A stretch of 61,816 bases of DNA, filler included, from Pseudomonadota bacterium (GCA_043825735.1; 6 parts of 6 records of this genome joined end to end with filler, not necessarily neighbours in it); one strand, 5' to 3'; shown: positions 50,189-61,816, counted from the whole stretch's first letter. Translations and numbers: made by a program. The notes: generated from the sequence alone by a model not told the origin.

Positions 50189-52780
50189 TTATATGACGAT
50201 GTTCACCAATTTCTTTTTCACCACGATGACTTTCCGTATGGTCTTTGACTCGATGAAGCGCTGCGCGTTCTCATCGGCCAACGCCATTGCCTTCAGCGCC
50301 GCCTCATCGGCATCGGCCGGGGCCGTGAACCGGCCCCGGAGCTTGCCGTTGACCTGGATGACGATCGTGACTTCGTCCTTTTCCAGAGCGTCTTCCCTGA
50401 AGGTGGGCCAGGGCTCAAGCACGATGCTGCCGCCATGACCCAGCGCCGACCACACTTCTTCGGCAAAATGGGGCACGATGGGTGCCAGCATGAGCACCAC
50501 GTTTTCCAAAGCAAACCGCAGGGGCCCTGCCGCGCCGACAGGCGCGTTGTCTATATCGATGCCGTAGAGCGCGTTGACCAGTTCCATGACCGCACTGATC
50601 ACCGTGTTGAAGTGAAACCGATCGTCGATATCACGGGTGACACGAAAAATCGTCTGATGCACCTGCTGGTAGAGCCCCTTGACGGCGCCCTCCAGTTCAT
50701 CGGCGGCGCCGGTGAAAGCAGGCACGCCCGATACGAGCGGCAGCAGTTGGTAGACCAGGCGCCAGACCCGGCCCAGAAAACGAGCACTGCCGTCCACGCC
50801 CTGCTCGCTCCACTCCAGATCGCGCTCGGGCGGGGCTGCAAACAGGCAGAAAAGACGCGTGGTGTCCGCGCCATAACGATCCAGGAGCAGGTTGGGATCG
50901 ATGACGTTTTTCTTTGACTTGCTCATTTTCTCCACCCGGCCCACAACCACCGGCTGCCTGCAGCGGGCGCAGGTGCGCGTTTCGCCGTCGCCCGCTGCCT
51001 CTTCCGGCAGGAGGAACCCGTGCTGAGGACAGGCCACGGTTTCCTTGCAGACCATGCCCTGGGTGAGCAGTCGGGTGAATGGCTCCTTGAAATCCACCAG
51101 CCCCATTTCCTTCAGCACGCGCGTGTAATAGCGCGAGTAAAGCAGATGCAAAATGGCATGCTCCACCCCGCCGATGTACTGGTCCACCGGCATCCAGTAG
51201 GCCGCCTCGGTGGGATCGAACATGCCGGTGTCGCAGTGCGGGGAGCAGTAGCGCTCGAAATACCAGCTCGATTCCACGAAAGTGTCCATGGTGTCGGTTT
51301 CCCGCCGGGCGTCTTCGCGGCCGCAGGTCGGGCAGGTGGTGCGGGCAAAAAAGGGTAACCCGGGCAATGGCGAGCGGCCCCCGGAAAGCAGGTCGGCATC
51401 TTCGGGCAGCAAAATGGGCAGATCCGCCTCAGGTACCGGCACGATCCCGCATGACGGGCAGTGGATCATGGGGATGGGCGCCCCCCAGTAACGCTGCCGG
51501 GAAATGCCCCAGTCGCGAAGTCGGAAGCTCACGGTCTGTTTCCCCCGGCCCATGCCTTCCAGATGGCGGGTAATGGCCTCGATGGCCTCGGCGTTGGGCA
51601 TGCCGTCAAATTGCCCTGAATTGACCATGACGCCCGGTGCGGCATAGGCCGCATCCATGGCCTGCGGATCCAGGGGCGGACCGTCGGGTTGGACTACCAC
51701 CACGATCTCGAGGCCGTACTTTCGGGCGAATTCAAAGTCGCGCTGGTCATGGGCCGGCACCGACATGACCGCACCGGTGCCGTACTCCATGAGGGCAAAG
51801 TTGGCCGTGTAGATGGGCATGCGACGATTGGTGACCGGGTTGAGGCAGTAGGCGCCGGTGAAGACCCCCTCCTTTTCCAGGTTATCAAGCGCCTTGGCCG
51901 AGCGGTCCTGAAGGGCGATTTTCTCTACGAAGGCGGCCACTGCAGCTTCCTGGCCGGTGCCTGCCGACAGCTCGATCACCAGGGGATGCTCGGGTGCAAG
52001 GACCATGAACGTGGCCCCGAACAGGGTGTCTGGCCGGGTGGTGAACACGGGAATCTCCCCGTCACGATCGGCGAGATAGAAGCGTATTTCAGCGCCGAAG
52101 CTTTTGCCGATCCAGTTCTTTTGCATGGTGGTGACTTTTTCGGGCCACCCGGGCAGCTGATCGCAATGGACCAGAAGGTCTTCGGCGAAATCGGTGATGC
52201 GGAAAAACCACTGATGAAGTTTTTTCTGGCGCACCGGCTTGCCGCAGCGCCAGCACATGCCCGCTTCCACCTGCTCATTGGCCAGCACCGTCTGGCAGGG
52301 CTCGCACCAGTTGACGAAGGATTCCTTGCGGTAGGCCATCCCTTTTTCCACCATCTTGAGAAACAGCCACTGCTCCCAGCGGTAATACTCGGGGCGGCAG
52401 GTAGCAATCTCTCGGCCCCAGTCGTAGCTGAAACCCAGACGCTTGAGCTGGGCCCGCATATAGTCGATGTTCTCATAGGTCCAGCGGGCCGGATGGGTGT
52501 TGTTGGCGATGGCCGCCTTTTCGGCCGGCATGCCGAAGGCGTCCCAGCCCATGGGGTGAAGGACGTTGAACCCCTTCATCCGTTTGTACCGCGAGACCAC
52601 ATCGCCGATGGTGTAGTTGCGCACGTGGCCCATATGAATTTTTCCCGATGGGTAGGGAAACATCTCCAGGACATAGTATTTTTCCCGCTCCGGATCGACA
52701 TCAACCGTGAACATATGGTTGTCTTCCCAGAACGCCTGCCACCGGGTTTCAATGGTTTTGGGATCGTATCGTTCTTCCAT
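50189..52780 (-). CDS. leuS: Leucine--tRNA ligase
   Basis: MFPYPSG.HMGH, GWDAFG, FTTRPDT, SRQRYWG, KMSKS. Confidence 0.98.
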   Translation of the reverse strand: MEERYDPKTIETRWQAFWEDNHMFTVDVDPEREKYYVLEMFPYPSGKIHMGHVRNYTIGDVVSRYKRMKGFNVLHPMGWDAFGMPAEKAAIANNTHPARWTYENIDYMRAQLKRLGFSYDWGREIATCRPEYYRWEQWLFLKMVEKGMAYRKESFVNWCEPCQTVLANEQVEAGMCWRCGKPVRQKKLHQWFFRITDFAEDLLVHCDQLPGWPEKVTTMQKNWIGKSFGAEIRFYLADRDGEIPVFTTRPDTLFGATFMVLAPEHPLVIELSAGTGQEAAVAAFVEKIALQDRSAKALDNLEKEGVFTGAYCLNPVTNRRMPIYTANFALMEYGTGAVMSVPAHDQRDFEFARKYGLEIVVVVQPDGPPLDPQAMDAAYAAPGVMVNSGQFDGMPNAEAIEAITRHLEGMGRGKQTVSFRLRDWGISRQRYWGAPIPMIHCPSCGIVPVPEADLPILLPEDADLLSGGRSPLPGLPFFARTTCPTCGREDARRETDTMDTFVESSWYFERYCSPHCDTGMFDPTEAAYWMPVDQYIGGVEHAILHLLYSRYYTRVLKEMGLVDFKEPFTRLLTQGMVCKETVACPQHGFLLPEEAAGDGETRTCARCRQPVVVGRVEKMSKSKKNVIDPNLLLDRYGADTTRLFCLFAAPPERDLEWSEQGVDGSARFLGRVWRLVYQLLPLVSGVPAFTGAADELEGAVKGLYQQVHQTIFRVTRDIDDRFHFNTVISAVMELVNALYGIDIDNAPVGAAGPLRFALENVVLMLAPIVPHFAEEVWSALGHGGSIVLEPWPTFREDALEKDEVTIVIQVNGKLRGRFTAPADADEAALKAMALADENAQRFIESKTIRKVIVVKKKLVNIVI

Positions 52781-53533
52781 GCCCTTCTTTCCTTAAAATA
52801 GTGGCCGGCGGCCACAGGGGGTTGACGCAATTTAGTAATATTTTCAGGTATCTGAGTCCATGCACCGAAAACAACGTCGCCACGGTCAGTGTCACTGCCT
52901 ATGCCATAATGCCTGTCAAAGTGCAAGCGGCCTGCGTTCGGCAGCTGCCAGAGGACAGAGGACAGAAAAACCGAGAACCCCAAAAAAACAACAGCAACTG
53001 CGAATTAACCGCAGATGACGCGGATGGCGCGGATGGTCGGCCTGCGGCCGGAGGGCAAATAAACGATAATGATCCAGCGACGGTCTCCGTGAACCCGGAA
53101 CCTGGAACCTGGAACGCGCCGAAGGCGCCAACCTGGAACGCCGCGCAGCGGCCAGAACGCGCCTCCGGCGCCCAACGCCCCCAACGATCCCAACGATCTT
53201 AACGCTCCCAACGATCTTAACGCTCCCAACGATCTCAACGATCCCAACGATCCCAACGATCCCAACGATCCCAACGATCCCAACAATCCCAACGATCCCA
53301 ACGATCCCAACGATCCCAACGATCCCAACGATCCTAACGCTCAAAACGCTCCTAACGCTCGGACACCAAAGTGCTGTAATTCACTGACATTTCGAAAGAT
53401 TAGCCAGAAAATCGTTTGACTTGTACTCGACAATCCCATATTCAATCAGCACCATGCCACTGAGCGCCGGAGCGCAATCCAGAATTCGGCCACCAACCCA
53501 TAATCCAGCTAACAATGGAGATCATCACCTTCT

Positions 53534-54997
53534 ATGAGCAGTAAAATACTGATCAACGCCGTAGATGCCGAAGAATGCCGCATCGCTAAAGTCACTGACA
53601 GTCAGCTGGAAGAATTCCAGATCGAAACCTCATCCCACCGGATCACCCACGGCAATATATATAAAGGTATTATCACCCGGATCGAGCCGAGTCTCCAGGC
53701 GGTGTTTGTCGACTACGGCACCGACCGAAACGGGTTTCTCCAGAAACAGGAAATTCACTACGACTATTTTCAGGACTCCACCAGCCCGGATCGCACCATG
53801 CACCAACTGGTCAAAAAAGGTCAGGAGCTGCTGGTCCAGGTGACCAAGGATCCGCTGGGCAGCAAGGGCGCCATGCTCACCACTTTTATCTCCCTTCCGG
53901 GACGATACATCGTGCTGATGCCCGGAGCGGAAAATCGTGGAATTTCTCGGAAAATCGAAGATGAGGAAGAGCGCGCACGCCTCAAGGAAATCATTCATGG
54001 GCTTAAAATCCCTGAAGGATTCGGCCTCATCGTCCGCACTGCCGGACTAGGATGCACCAAGACCCTCATCAACAACGATCTCAACTACCTGCTGCGCCTG
54101 TGGAAAAACATCAAAAACCAGGTCATGCAAGAGCCTACACCGGCGCTCATGTACGAGGAGCGCAACGTGGTGGTTCGCTCCCTCAGGGATTACTTCACGT
54201 CAGACATCGTTGAAATCCTTATTGACGATCCGAAAGTCTACGAGGAAGCCAAGGAGTTCATCCAGCTGATCGCCCCCAAACAGGCCAATATCGTCAAACT
54301 CTACCGGGGTCCCAAACCCATTTTCAGCAAGTTTCAGCTCGAGCATCAGATCTCCTCCATTTTCGAAAGCCGGGTGGGGCTCAAGGCCGGCGGATCCATC
54401 GTTATCGAACAGACCGAAGCCCTGGTGTCCATCGATGTCAACTCCGGCAAGGCCACCAAAGGCAAGGATATCGAAGAGACCGCCTTCGAAACCAATATGG
54501 AAGCTGCCGAGGAAGTCGCCCGTCAACTCCGGATGCGGGACATGGGCGGCCTCATCGTCGTTGATTTCATCGACATGAGAGATAACAAACATCGCAGCGA
54601 AGTGGTCAAGACGCTTAAAAACCATATGAAAATAGACAAGGCCCGCTCGCGGATCGGCCGCATCTCCAATTTCGGGCTCTTGGAATTGTCCCGTCAACGG
54701 CTGCGCCCGTCCATTGATTTCGGCCGGTTCGATACCTGCCGCTACTGCCGCGGAAAGGGGGTGATCCCATCAGCCGACACCCTCGGCGCCGAGTTCCTGA
54801 GAAAGCTCAATTTGGAGACCTTGACGCCCAATATGACAGTGGCCAAATGCATGCTGCCCATGCCCACGGCCGCCTACGTACTCAACAAAAAACGCCGCGA
54901 AATCATGGAGTTGGAAGCCCGCAGAGGGGTGCAGATATTCATCGAAGGGGATCCGGACATGATCCCGGGAGAGTCGCATATCGCCATGGAACCCTGA
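53534..54997 (+). CDS. Rne/Rng family ribonuclease
   Basis: S1 GNIYKG..EPSLQAVFVDYG, IDVNSG, LRMRDMGGLIVVDFIDM, ELSRQR, CxxC. Confidence 0.94.
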   Translation: MSSKILINAVDAEECRIAKVTDSQLEEFQIETSSHRITHGNIYKGIITRIEPSLQAVFVDYGTDRNGFLQKQEIHYDYFQDSTSPDRTMHQLVKKGQELLVQVTKDPLGSKGAMLTTFISLPGRYIVLMPGAENRGISRKIEDEEERARLKEIIHGLKIPEGFGLIVRTAGLGCTKTLINNDLNYLLRLWKNIKNQVMQEPTPALMYEERNVVVRSLRDYFTSDIVEILIDDPKVYEEAKEFIQLIAPKQANIVKLYRGPKPIFSKFQLEHQISSIFESRVGLKAGGSIVIEQTEALVSIDVNSGKATKGKDIEETAFETNMEAAEEVARQLRMRDMGGLIVVDFIDMRDNKHRSEVVKTLKNHMKIDKARSRIGRISNFGLLELSRQRLRPSIDFGRFDTCRYCRGKGVIPSADTLGAEFLRKLNLETLTPNMTVAKCMLPMPTAAYVLNKKRREIMELEARRGVQIFIEGDPDMIPGESHIAMEP

Positions 54998-55020
54998 CAG
55001 GCTGAGACACGGAGCCCATT

Positions 55021-55776
55021 ATGCCGAAAAAACAAACTGAGCCATCCCGGAAGGTGATTATCGGGGCCGTAGTCGTTCTCGTCTTGCTGATCATCGTCGC
55101 CGGGATCTGGCTGCTGCAACAAAACAAAGCGGAAAAAGCATCGGCGCCCCCACCGGAAAATAGTGCGGTGTCGGTCAAAAACCAGCCCGTCATCGATTAT
55201 AATCAGCTAAACAAAGACAAAGCGCTGGGCGACATGATGGATGAGCGAAAGGCCGCCTACGGGGTGGACAAAGGACTGGACATGATCGTCAAAGCCGACG
55301 AGTCTGTAAAGATCGGCGATGAGACGGTGAATATGGGAGACGTCCAGCGCAAGATCCACGCAAAAGAAGGCGGCATCGTCGAGCAGAATCTTCTGTTGAG
55401 CGCTAAAGGGCCGGCAGACGCCTACGGCATCTATGTGGTGCAGCCGGGCGACAATATCTGGAACATCCATTTCAAACTGCTCAAAGACTATTTTTCCCAC
55501 AAGGGTGTGGACATCGCACCCATGGCCGATGAACCCGACCAGAAGGGTTTCAGCTCAGGTGTTGGCAAGCTCCTGAAATTTTCCGAAAACATGGCCTACA
55601 TCTACAATGTCAAGGAGCGCGCCCTCACCGCCGATCTCAACCTTATCCAGCCCCTGAGCAAAATCGTCGTCTACGACATGAAAAAAGCCTTCGACCTGCT
55701 GGAGACTATCGACTTCAGCAAGGTGCACACGATCCGCTTCGACGGTGAGAACATCTGGATCCCGGCGCAGCAATAG
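55021..55776 (+). CDS. Membrane-anchored protein with a LysM-like motif
   Basis: N-terminal TM helix; YVVQPGDNIWNI. Confidence 0.7.
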   Translation: MPKKQTEPSRKVIIGAVVVLVLLIIVAGIWLLQQNKAEKASAPPPENSAVSVKNQPVIDYNQLNKDKALGDMMDERKAAYGVDKGLDMIVKADESVKIGDETVNMGDVQRKIHAKEGGIVEQNLLLSAKGPADAYGIYVVQPGDNIWNIHFKLLKDYFSHKGVDIAPMADEPDQKGFSSGVGKLLKFSENMAYIYNVKERALTADLNLIQPLSKIVVYDMKKAFDLLETIDFSKVHTIRFDGENIWIPAQQ

Positions 55777-55788
55777 GCCGCCGGAGGC

Positions 55789-55892
55789 GCGTTTAGAGCG
55801 TTTAGAGCGTTTAGAGCGTTTAGAGCGTTTAGAGCGTTTAGAGCGTTTAGAGCGTTTAGAGCGTTTAGAGCGTTTAGAGCGTTTAGAGCGTT
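55789..55892. repeat. (TTTAGAGCG)x11 perfect array at the contig end
   Basis: Read directly; the contig ends inside the array. Confidence 0.95.
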
Positions 55893-55992
55893 NNNNNNNN
55901 NNNNNNNNNNNNNNNNNNNNNNNNNNNNNNNNNNNNTTAATTAATTAANNNNNNNNNNNNNNNNNNNNNNNNNNNNNNNNNNNNNNNNNNNN

Positions 55993-56088
55993 AAACTGCT
56001 CATAGGTCCATCGGCGGTTGCCGCAGATGATCGCCTCTTTGTGGGGGAAGAACTGGCAAGCCTTTCTCAGCGTGTCGGCCAAAAGCAT
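55993..56088 (-). CDS. Acyl-CoA synthetase N-terminus (partial)
   Basis: MLLADTLRKACQFFPHKEAIICGNRRWTYEQF resembles the start of AMP-binding enzymes; GAGGT SD. Confidence 0.65.
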
Positions 56089-56252
56089 TTTGTTACCTCT
56101 CTATACGTTATGGAAAATCCGGTTTCGAGGGCGGCGCACCGACGTTTCAATCCTCTATCCATCGATTCCGCCATCATGGGTAGTCTCTTCAAGATTTTTG
56201 CCGTTCTAATATCATCATAATACGCATAAGTGTCTGTTCGGTAAGAAATCTT

Positions 56253-56945
56253 TTATATTACTTCGTCAAGCAACTGCCCGTTCTCCTTCAGCCAGACCCT
56301 TGCCTTATCCATTGTTGGCGCTTGGGCGCGGACAATGTTCCAGAACTGGGGCGTATGGTTGGCCTCGATCAGGTGGGTGAGTTCGTGGACGATGACATAG
56401 TCGATGACCAACATTGGGGCCTTGATCAGCCGCCAGTTGAACCCGACATTGTTCTTGACGGTGCAGGAACCCCAGCGATAACGGTTGTCCATGATCTTGA
56501 TCCCGGCAACATCAACGCCAAGGTCGCGGGCGTGACCCTGGACCCGAGGGACGATCTTTTTTTTGGCCTTGCCGATATACCATTCCTGCAAAGCCTCCAC
56601 TCGTTTCTTCCCCTGTGTCGCCGGAATAAGGAACCGCTGGGTGAACCGAACCTCGGCCAAGCCTGTTTTGACCACCTCGATCCGATATTGCCGTCCCAGA
56701 TAGAGCGCCGATTCGCCGCTCACCAGTTCCTTCCCCGGTGGATGGGGCAGGCCTCGGTATTTCTGGGGATGGCCCGTTTTTTCATAAATCCATTGACGCT
56801 TGGACTCGACGACCTGCCGGATCTTTTCGTCGGAAATGCCTTCCGGCGCATGCACCACGACGCTGCGATCCCGTTCGACGGTGATGGTCAGCTTTCGTCG
56901 TTTGGCCGATCTTTGAATCGTGTATTCCAGTACCACCTTAATCAC
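56253..56945 (-). CDS. YgjP/DUF45 (SprT-like) zinc metalloprotein
   Basis: RWGSC, FNWRL, DYVIVHELTH, NHTPQFW. Confidence 0.9.
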   Translation of the reverse strand: MIKVVLEYTIQRSAKRRKLTITVERDRSVVVHAPEGISDEKIRQVVESKRQWIYEKTGHPQKYRGLPHPPGKELVSGESALYLGRQYRIEVVKTGLAEVRFTQRFLIPATQGKKRVEALQEWYIGKAKKKIVPRVQGHARDLGVDVAGIKIMDNRYRWGSCTVKNNVGFNWRLIKAPMLVIDYVIVHELTHLIEANHTPQFWNIVRAQAPTMDKARVWLKENGQLLDEVI

Positions 56946-57026
56946 TCCGCGTAGATAATGATATCGTTGTTCTTCTCCGCGATCTCCATGATCCGGGAGA
57001 TGATATGGGCGCGGTTCTTCACAAGA
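56942..57026 (-). pseudogene. 3' remnant of the upstream gene, probably type I restriction subunit R
   Basis: VKNRAHIISRIMEIAEKNNDIIIYAE* overlaps the YgjP start; YgjP commonly follows hsdR; truncated by IS630. Confidence 0.45.
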
Positions 57027-58255
57027 CTAGTACCACGTAACATTATATCTTTCGTATCTATAAAAAGTATGATATATTGGCGGCAACTCAATAAGGGAGG
57101 TCGCCATGTCGCCAAGATATCGAGTAACACTGACCAAGGAGGAGCGCGGCGAACTTGAGGCTATGACACGCCGTGGAAAGACCCACGCCCGAAGATTTAT
57201 CCACGCCCGGGCGTTGCTGCTGTGTGACGCCAGTGGGGATGGACCGGCCTGGAATGTCGCCGATGTCGCAACAGCGCTTGGGGTTACCAGCCGGGCGATA
57301 GAACACCTCAAGAAGCGCTTTGTGGAGGATGGGCTCGAAGCGGCGCTTGAACGTAAGCCCAGAGAAAAACCTCCGCGGGATGTCGTATTTGACGGGGCAT
57401 TTGAAGCAAGATTGATCGCATTGGCCTGTTCAGATGCTCCGGAGGGACATCGGCGTTGGACGGTCAGACTGCTTGCCGACAAGGCCGTCGAACTTAAATT
57501 TGCAGGATCGGTGTCGCATATGACCGTACAGCGGGCTTTAAAAAAAACGAACTTAAGCCTCACCTCAGCAAGTACTGGAAAATCCCTCCCGAAGGGAGTG
57601 CGGCCTTTGTAGCTCATATGGAGGATGTTCTTGAAATCTATCACATGCCGTATGATCCTGACTACCCGGTGGTGTGCATGGATGAATCTTGCAAACAAAT
57701 GATCGGCGAGGTCCGCGAGCCGATACCTTGCACACCCGGACGTCCAGTACGTATTGACGATGAATACGTCAGAAACGGGGTTGCGGAAATTTTCATGGAA
57801 GTGGAACCTCTGGCCGGTAAAAGACATGTGGCGGTTACCGAACATCGCACCAGAAAGGATTGGGCGTTGCAGATCAAACAGATGCTTGATGAACGCTATG
57901 TGGCCGCGATCAAGGTACGTCTGGTTATGGATAATCTGAACACCCACGGCATTGCCTCGCTCTATGAAACATTCGAACCCAGGGAAGCCAGACGTTTGGC
58001 GGAACGACTGGATATCCATTACACGCCGAAACACGGCAGTTGGTTGAACATGGCGGAGATCGAGCTCAGCGTCCTGAAAGGACAGTGCCTGGATCGCCGA
58101 ATCCCCGACATGGCAACCATGCAGACCCAAGTGGCTGCATGGGAAAGAAACCGAAATAACAGCGCGAAAAATATTGTCTGGCAATTCACCACACCAGACG
58201 CCCGAATCAAGCTGAAGCGCCTTTATCCGAACTTATAGGCGTTACATGGTACTAG
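57027..58255 (+). mobile_element. IS630-family insertion sequence
   Basis: Ends CTAGTACCACGTAAC / GTTACATGGTACTAG (14/15 inverted match) including the CTAG target. Confidence 0.92.
57106..58238 (+). CDS. IS630 transposase (orfA/orfB joined by a probable -1 frameshift)
   Basis: HTH with RWTVRLLA; A-run at 57540-57547 shifts to KNELKPH; DE...DNLNTH...SWLNMAEIE catalytic motifs. Confidence 0.9.
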
Positions 58256-58492
58256 CGCATAACCTGCCAACAAATAAGCACCAACGCTCTCCTTACCTCC
58301 AACGGCGGCCAAATAGACCGTAACATAGGCAAAGACGGTAAGCACGGCTACGGCAAAACGGAACTCCCGCGCTCCAACGGGATGATGCCACCGCCCCGCC
58401 GATCGCGACCATGTCGGCAGCAACAGCGCCTCTTCAAGATTGTGCAGCGTTACTGCCAGCGCAAATAGCCCCGAGAGAAGAACGAAATCCAT
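58256..58492 (-). pseudogene. HXXEE-domain membrane protein cassette, truncated by IS630
   Basis: LAVTLHNLEEAL motif; hydrophobic; runs into the IS end. Confidence 0.75.
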
Positions 58493-58541
58493 CTTGTTCA
58501 CCACATCTTTTGGCAGTAGCCAGTGGAGTGTATATATTGAA

Positions 58542-58598
58542 AGCCAACGCCAAGGGTCAGGCCCGCTGTAAAGCGTCGCCTTCACCCTCTTGTTGGCC
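58542..58598 (-). other. Integron attC site
   Basis: Minus strand GGCCAAC-aaGAGGGTGAAGGC...GCCTGACCCTtggc-GTTGGCT, 57 bp, between two cassette-sized genes. Confidence 0.72.
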
Positions 58599-58962
58599 AT
58601 CCGCTTTGAATCCTTCGTGGAAAGCGACAGTGCCCTGCGGAGTATGCCCGTCGAAAGACAAAGCGAAGAAGACCTCCGGTGGCACTCCCTCATGCACAAG
58701 TCCAGCCATGTTCTTGAACCCGAATTTCCGGTAGTAATCCGGATGTCCTACGAGACAACATCCTTGAGCATTCATATCTTTCAGGCGTGACAACCCTTCT
58801 TTTATCAGTGCTTTGCCGATGCCCTTCCGCTGGTGCCCCGGCAAGACGGAAACAGGTCCAAGGCCATACCAGTTCGGTGTGCCGTCTGAGATGGTCACGG
58901 GAGAAAAAGCAATATGCCCTATCACTCGGCCATCCATTTCTGCGACCAGCGATACCGTAAGA
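58557..58962 (-). CDS. GNAT N-acetyltransferase (YhbS-like), 5' truncated
   Basis: GHIAFSPV, LGPVSV.P.HQRKGIG, GHPDYYRKFGF; reads into the attC. Confidence 0.9.
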
Positions 58963-59062
58963 NNNNNNNNNNNNNNNNNNNNNNNNNNNNNNNNNNNNNN
59001 NNNNNNTTAATTAATTAANNNNNNNNNNNNNNNNNNNNNNNNNNNNNNNNNNNNNNNNNNNN

Positions 59063-61816
59063 GCCGCTTTGATGGAAAGACTCCCCGCCTCGGCGTTGTA
59101 GGCTCCGACTGCCGATTCACCGCCAAAAGTGTCCACGGATTTTACTTCTATGTAGATTTGCGGGGTCAGCCCATACGCCGTGGTTTCGGCATCGGTCAAA
59201 AACCGGATGAACTCCGCTCGGCGGCCGATGTCTTGAAACGCAGTGAAGCTGCCGGTGCCGACTTTCGAGCGCAGCATGTAGTGCGATAAATCTACCTCTG
59301 TGTTCGGTGCCCACCAGAACCGGACGCCGCGGATGAACTGATCGTTGGAAAAGCTGCCGGGCGTTGACGGGGCGCTGTTTGTGCAGGTGATTACCGCCGC
59401 GTTATTGCTTTCCTGGGCATTTAAGTCCCTGGCCCATACCTTGACCTTCACTTGGTTTGATGCGCCATTTGCGCCGCCGTCAGCGGTGTTGTCAGCCTTG
59501 GTATAAATAAACTCCGGATCCACCGTGAAGCGCTCCCGGCGCACGCTGTTATCCGGATTGCAGATCTGGACCCTGTAAAGCGGCAAATAGGTGATCGGCT
59601 TAAAAGTTCCTGCCCCGTATATTTCAGCTTCGGCGGCGGTTTCCCAGGTATCGACCATTCGATCCCATTGAACCCTGAGATCGGCTGTATAAAAATTGAG
59701 ATCGTTCGTTTGCCCGTAGACCTGGAGTCCAGAAACGTCACTGATGAGCCTGGCCGGATTGTCCCAGCCAGTGAAATCAATGGTTGCAGTTTTGCTGGTG
59801 GCAGTGTCATCGTCGCTTGGCGATGACGTTCCGGAAACGCAAAAGATATAGGTTTTGCCGGGTTCAAGGTAGCGCACGTCGAATCTCGGGGAAAACGTCT
59901 CGCCGTCCTTGATCCACTGCGTTCCACCTGCGACTTTGTGAAAAATACTCCATGTGAATGCGGTGCCGTGCCATGAGAGGGCCACAACGGCGGCGCCGCT
60001 ATTTCCCTGCTCTCGCCACTGCTCAGTTGCCGTAAGATCGGCGACCATCGTGACGGTTACCGGGGTCTCGAGAACGGGGGGCGTGATGGTGGCTGCATAG
60101 ACTTCAGGCCGATACTCGATGGCGGTCAGCCTTCTGGACTGATTATCGTTTCTCGAAATATCGAGGATTTTAAAATCTTTGAGAGTGTTGATCAGCGTTC
60201 CGATTGAACAGACAGCGTCCTTTTCCGGGATCTTGCCATTGGTTGCCCACGGCTCTGTAACGGTAACGGTGTCAGTTGTAACCGCCCCGGGGTTTGCGAC
60301 GCCAATCGTTTGAATACTGTCATCGTCCTGATGACGCACCATTATCTGATAGCTTTCTGTTTCCGAAAAAGTGATTCCCCGATTTAAGGTAATCGTGTTG
60401 GCGGTTGCAGATAGCGCCCTGGCCGAAAGGCCCCACTCCGGCATATCGTGCGAAACACCGATGACATCGCTGACCTGGCAGGCGATTGCGTCAACATCCA
60501 CAGCAAAGGACACCAGCCGGATAAGGTATTTATTTAATGCGAGCTGGTACGCGGCATGCTTGGTGGCAATCTCTCGATTCGTGCAGGCGTAAAGCGCGAG
60601 CGAAGCCATCCGTTCCTCATCGTCGGGGCCAAGCTCACTATCTCTAAAAAGAAGCGTTTGCCGCTGATTTTTCAGATCCTCGTCATAGAACGTAACCTCA
60701 ATGGCGTTGGCCCGGTCCTTGGTTTCCGTGTAAAAATCGGAAAACGAGCCGCTGACGATGTTTTCCATATTGAAAATCTGGGTGCGCCCGGCAACCGCGT
60801 CAAAAACGCATCCGATCCGCGTGCCCTTAAAAACGGTCCGCCCACGTCCAAGGACACCCAGATTCCTTAACGACATGGCCAGCGATTGTGCTGTGTCGCA
60901 GTAGATATTCGCGGTTATCCCAAGGCTGGTGCACATGGCCGCCCACGAAACAAAGTCCGAGTAAATCATGCGGACGTATGGGAACCCGATGCCGTACTCA
61001 TTTTCCGTGTGCATGTCATAAGAGATCCACGCCGGGCTGGTCGCCGGTTTGGCAACCCAATCCGTGCCATTGTGAACCTGAACAGTGCTCCTGGTGACAA
61101 GGCAAGAGACCTCTGGCATGCCGCCGGAAAGCTCATCAGTGGCAAGCGCCTGAATTGCCAGGAGAGAGGCGCCGGGGTGGGTGAAATCGTCGTAAGTGAT
61201 GCCCTGGATATAGGTAAAGTAGCAATTGGACATGAATCTTGAACCGGTGGCCGGCTGCGCAGTAAAGCGGGCCTGCACATCGTATTCACCGCTGGGTATA
61301 TTGTCCACTCGGTATGTTTTCCGGATGGCGTTTTGGCTCGCCCCTGAAATGGTTTCGGATGCCAATCCAGACCAGGTAGCGTCACCGACTTTTCTGTACT
61401 GGACGACTATATTTACCGAATTTGTAGAAAGGCCGCCTTCATCGTTTGCATAGTAAAGGCCGTTTGGGCACTCTATTCCAACAATGAGCCCCTGGTTTGC
61501 GTTCCCGCTGGCCCTTTCAGTTTGGAAACTGGTGGAAAGCTGCTTTCCAACCGATTTTTCGGAAAACGTATCACCAAAATACGGGATTACTGTCTGATCG
61601 AGCGCCCCGAGGCGTGTTTCAATTTGGACGTTGCTGTAAAATGTCGCCGGATTTGCATTGATTTCAATATCGGAAATGGAGTCTACGGCGTGATCCGCAA
61701 CGCCGTAAAGCAGATTCAGCGTCTGCGAATCACCATTGGTCACCATGAACTTGCCGATGAGATACGGCTTGATGCGCATGGTGCCATAAATGACCGGCCA
61801 TGCGTGTCCCGGTACC
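59063..61816 (-). CDS. Phage tail tip/host-specificity protein J-like (partial at both ends)
   Basis: More than 900 aa open across the contig; WPVIYG, GLYYAND.G, SPAWISYD, IFNMENIV.GSF, AIEYRPEVY, FN3-like repeats. Confidence 0.85.

Noticed and set aside
52916..53344. Low-complexity ORFs (IVG/LGS/NDP repeats; also 23302, 27818, 30121, 31363, 39384, 45036, 55745)
   Set aside because: By-products of 9-nt periodicity with no SD or domain signal
59063..61816. Treating the tail gene and the 7.3-9.8 kb ORF string as one prophage
   Set aside because: They are on separate contigs with no linking evidence, and either could be mis-binned

Overview
The window is six contigs joined by artificial 100-nt N/TTAATTAATTAA linkers (7199-7298, 9778-9877, 24910-25009, 55893-55992, 58963-59062), so adjacency across linkers is not biological. 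Gene content suggests a Desulfobacterales-like deltaproteobacterium (inference). Contig 1: DUF1015, two tRNA-Ser, dnaX-ybaB-recR, murI, an IS3 end. Contigs 2 and 6: phage-like DNA (small coupled ORFs; tail tip protein J). Contig 3: mdh end, two hsp20, trmL, mobile mystery A/B, MazEF-like TA, a flavoprotein with a sigma54 promoter, and the end of an integron cassette array (2 attC). Contig 4: nucleotide-sugar/EPS locus (wbpA/B/D, galE, fcl, gmd, ugd, epimerases), then rpsT, murJ, lptE, leuS, rne. Contig 5: another attC cassette fused by an IS630 to a probable hsdR/YgjP remnant. The most striking signal is in contig 4. Almost every intergenic space is a mosaic of 7-10-nt tandem repeat families with a consistent transcription-linked polarity: one arm follows stop codons and its complement precedes start codons. 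These arms flank two GxxExxY genes and a four-helix-bundle gene, insert in frame into fcl and gmd, appear to supply start codons, and host smaller nested insertions and MITEs. This looks like a candidate repeat-based mobile or RNA-level system. All family assignments come from motif recognition by eye, not database searches.
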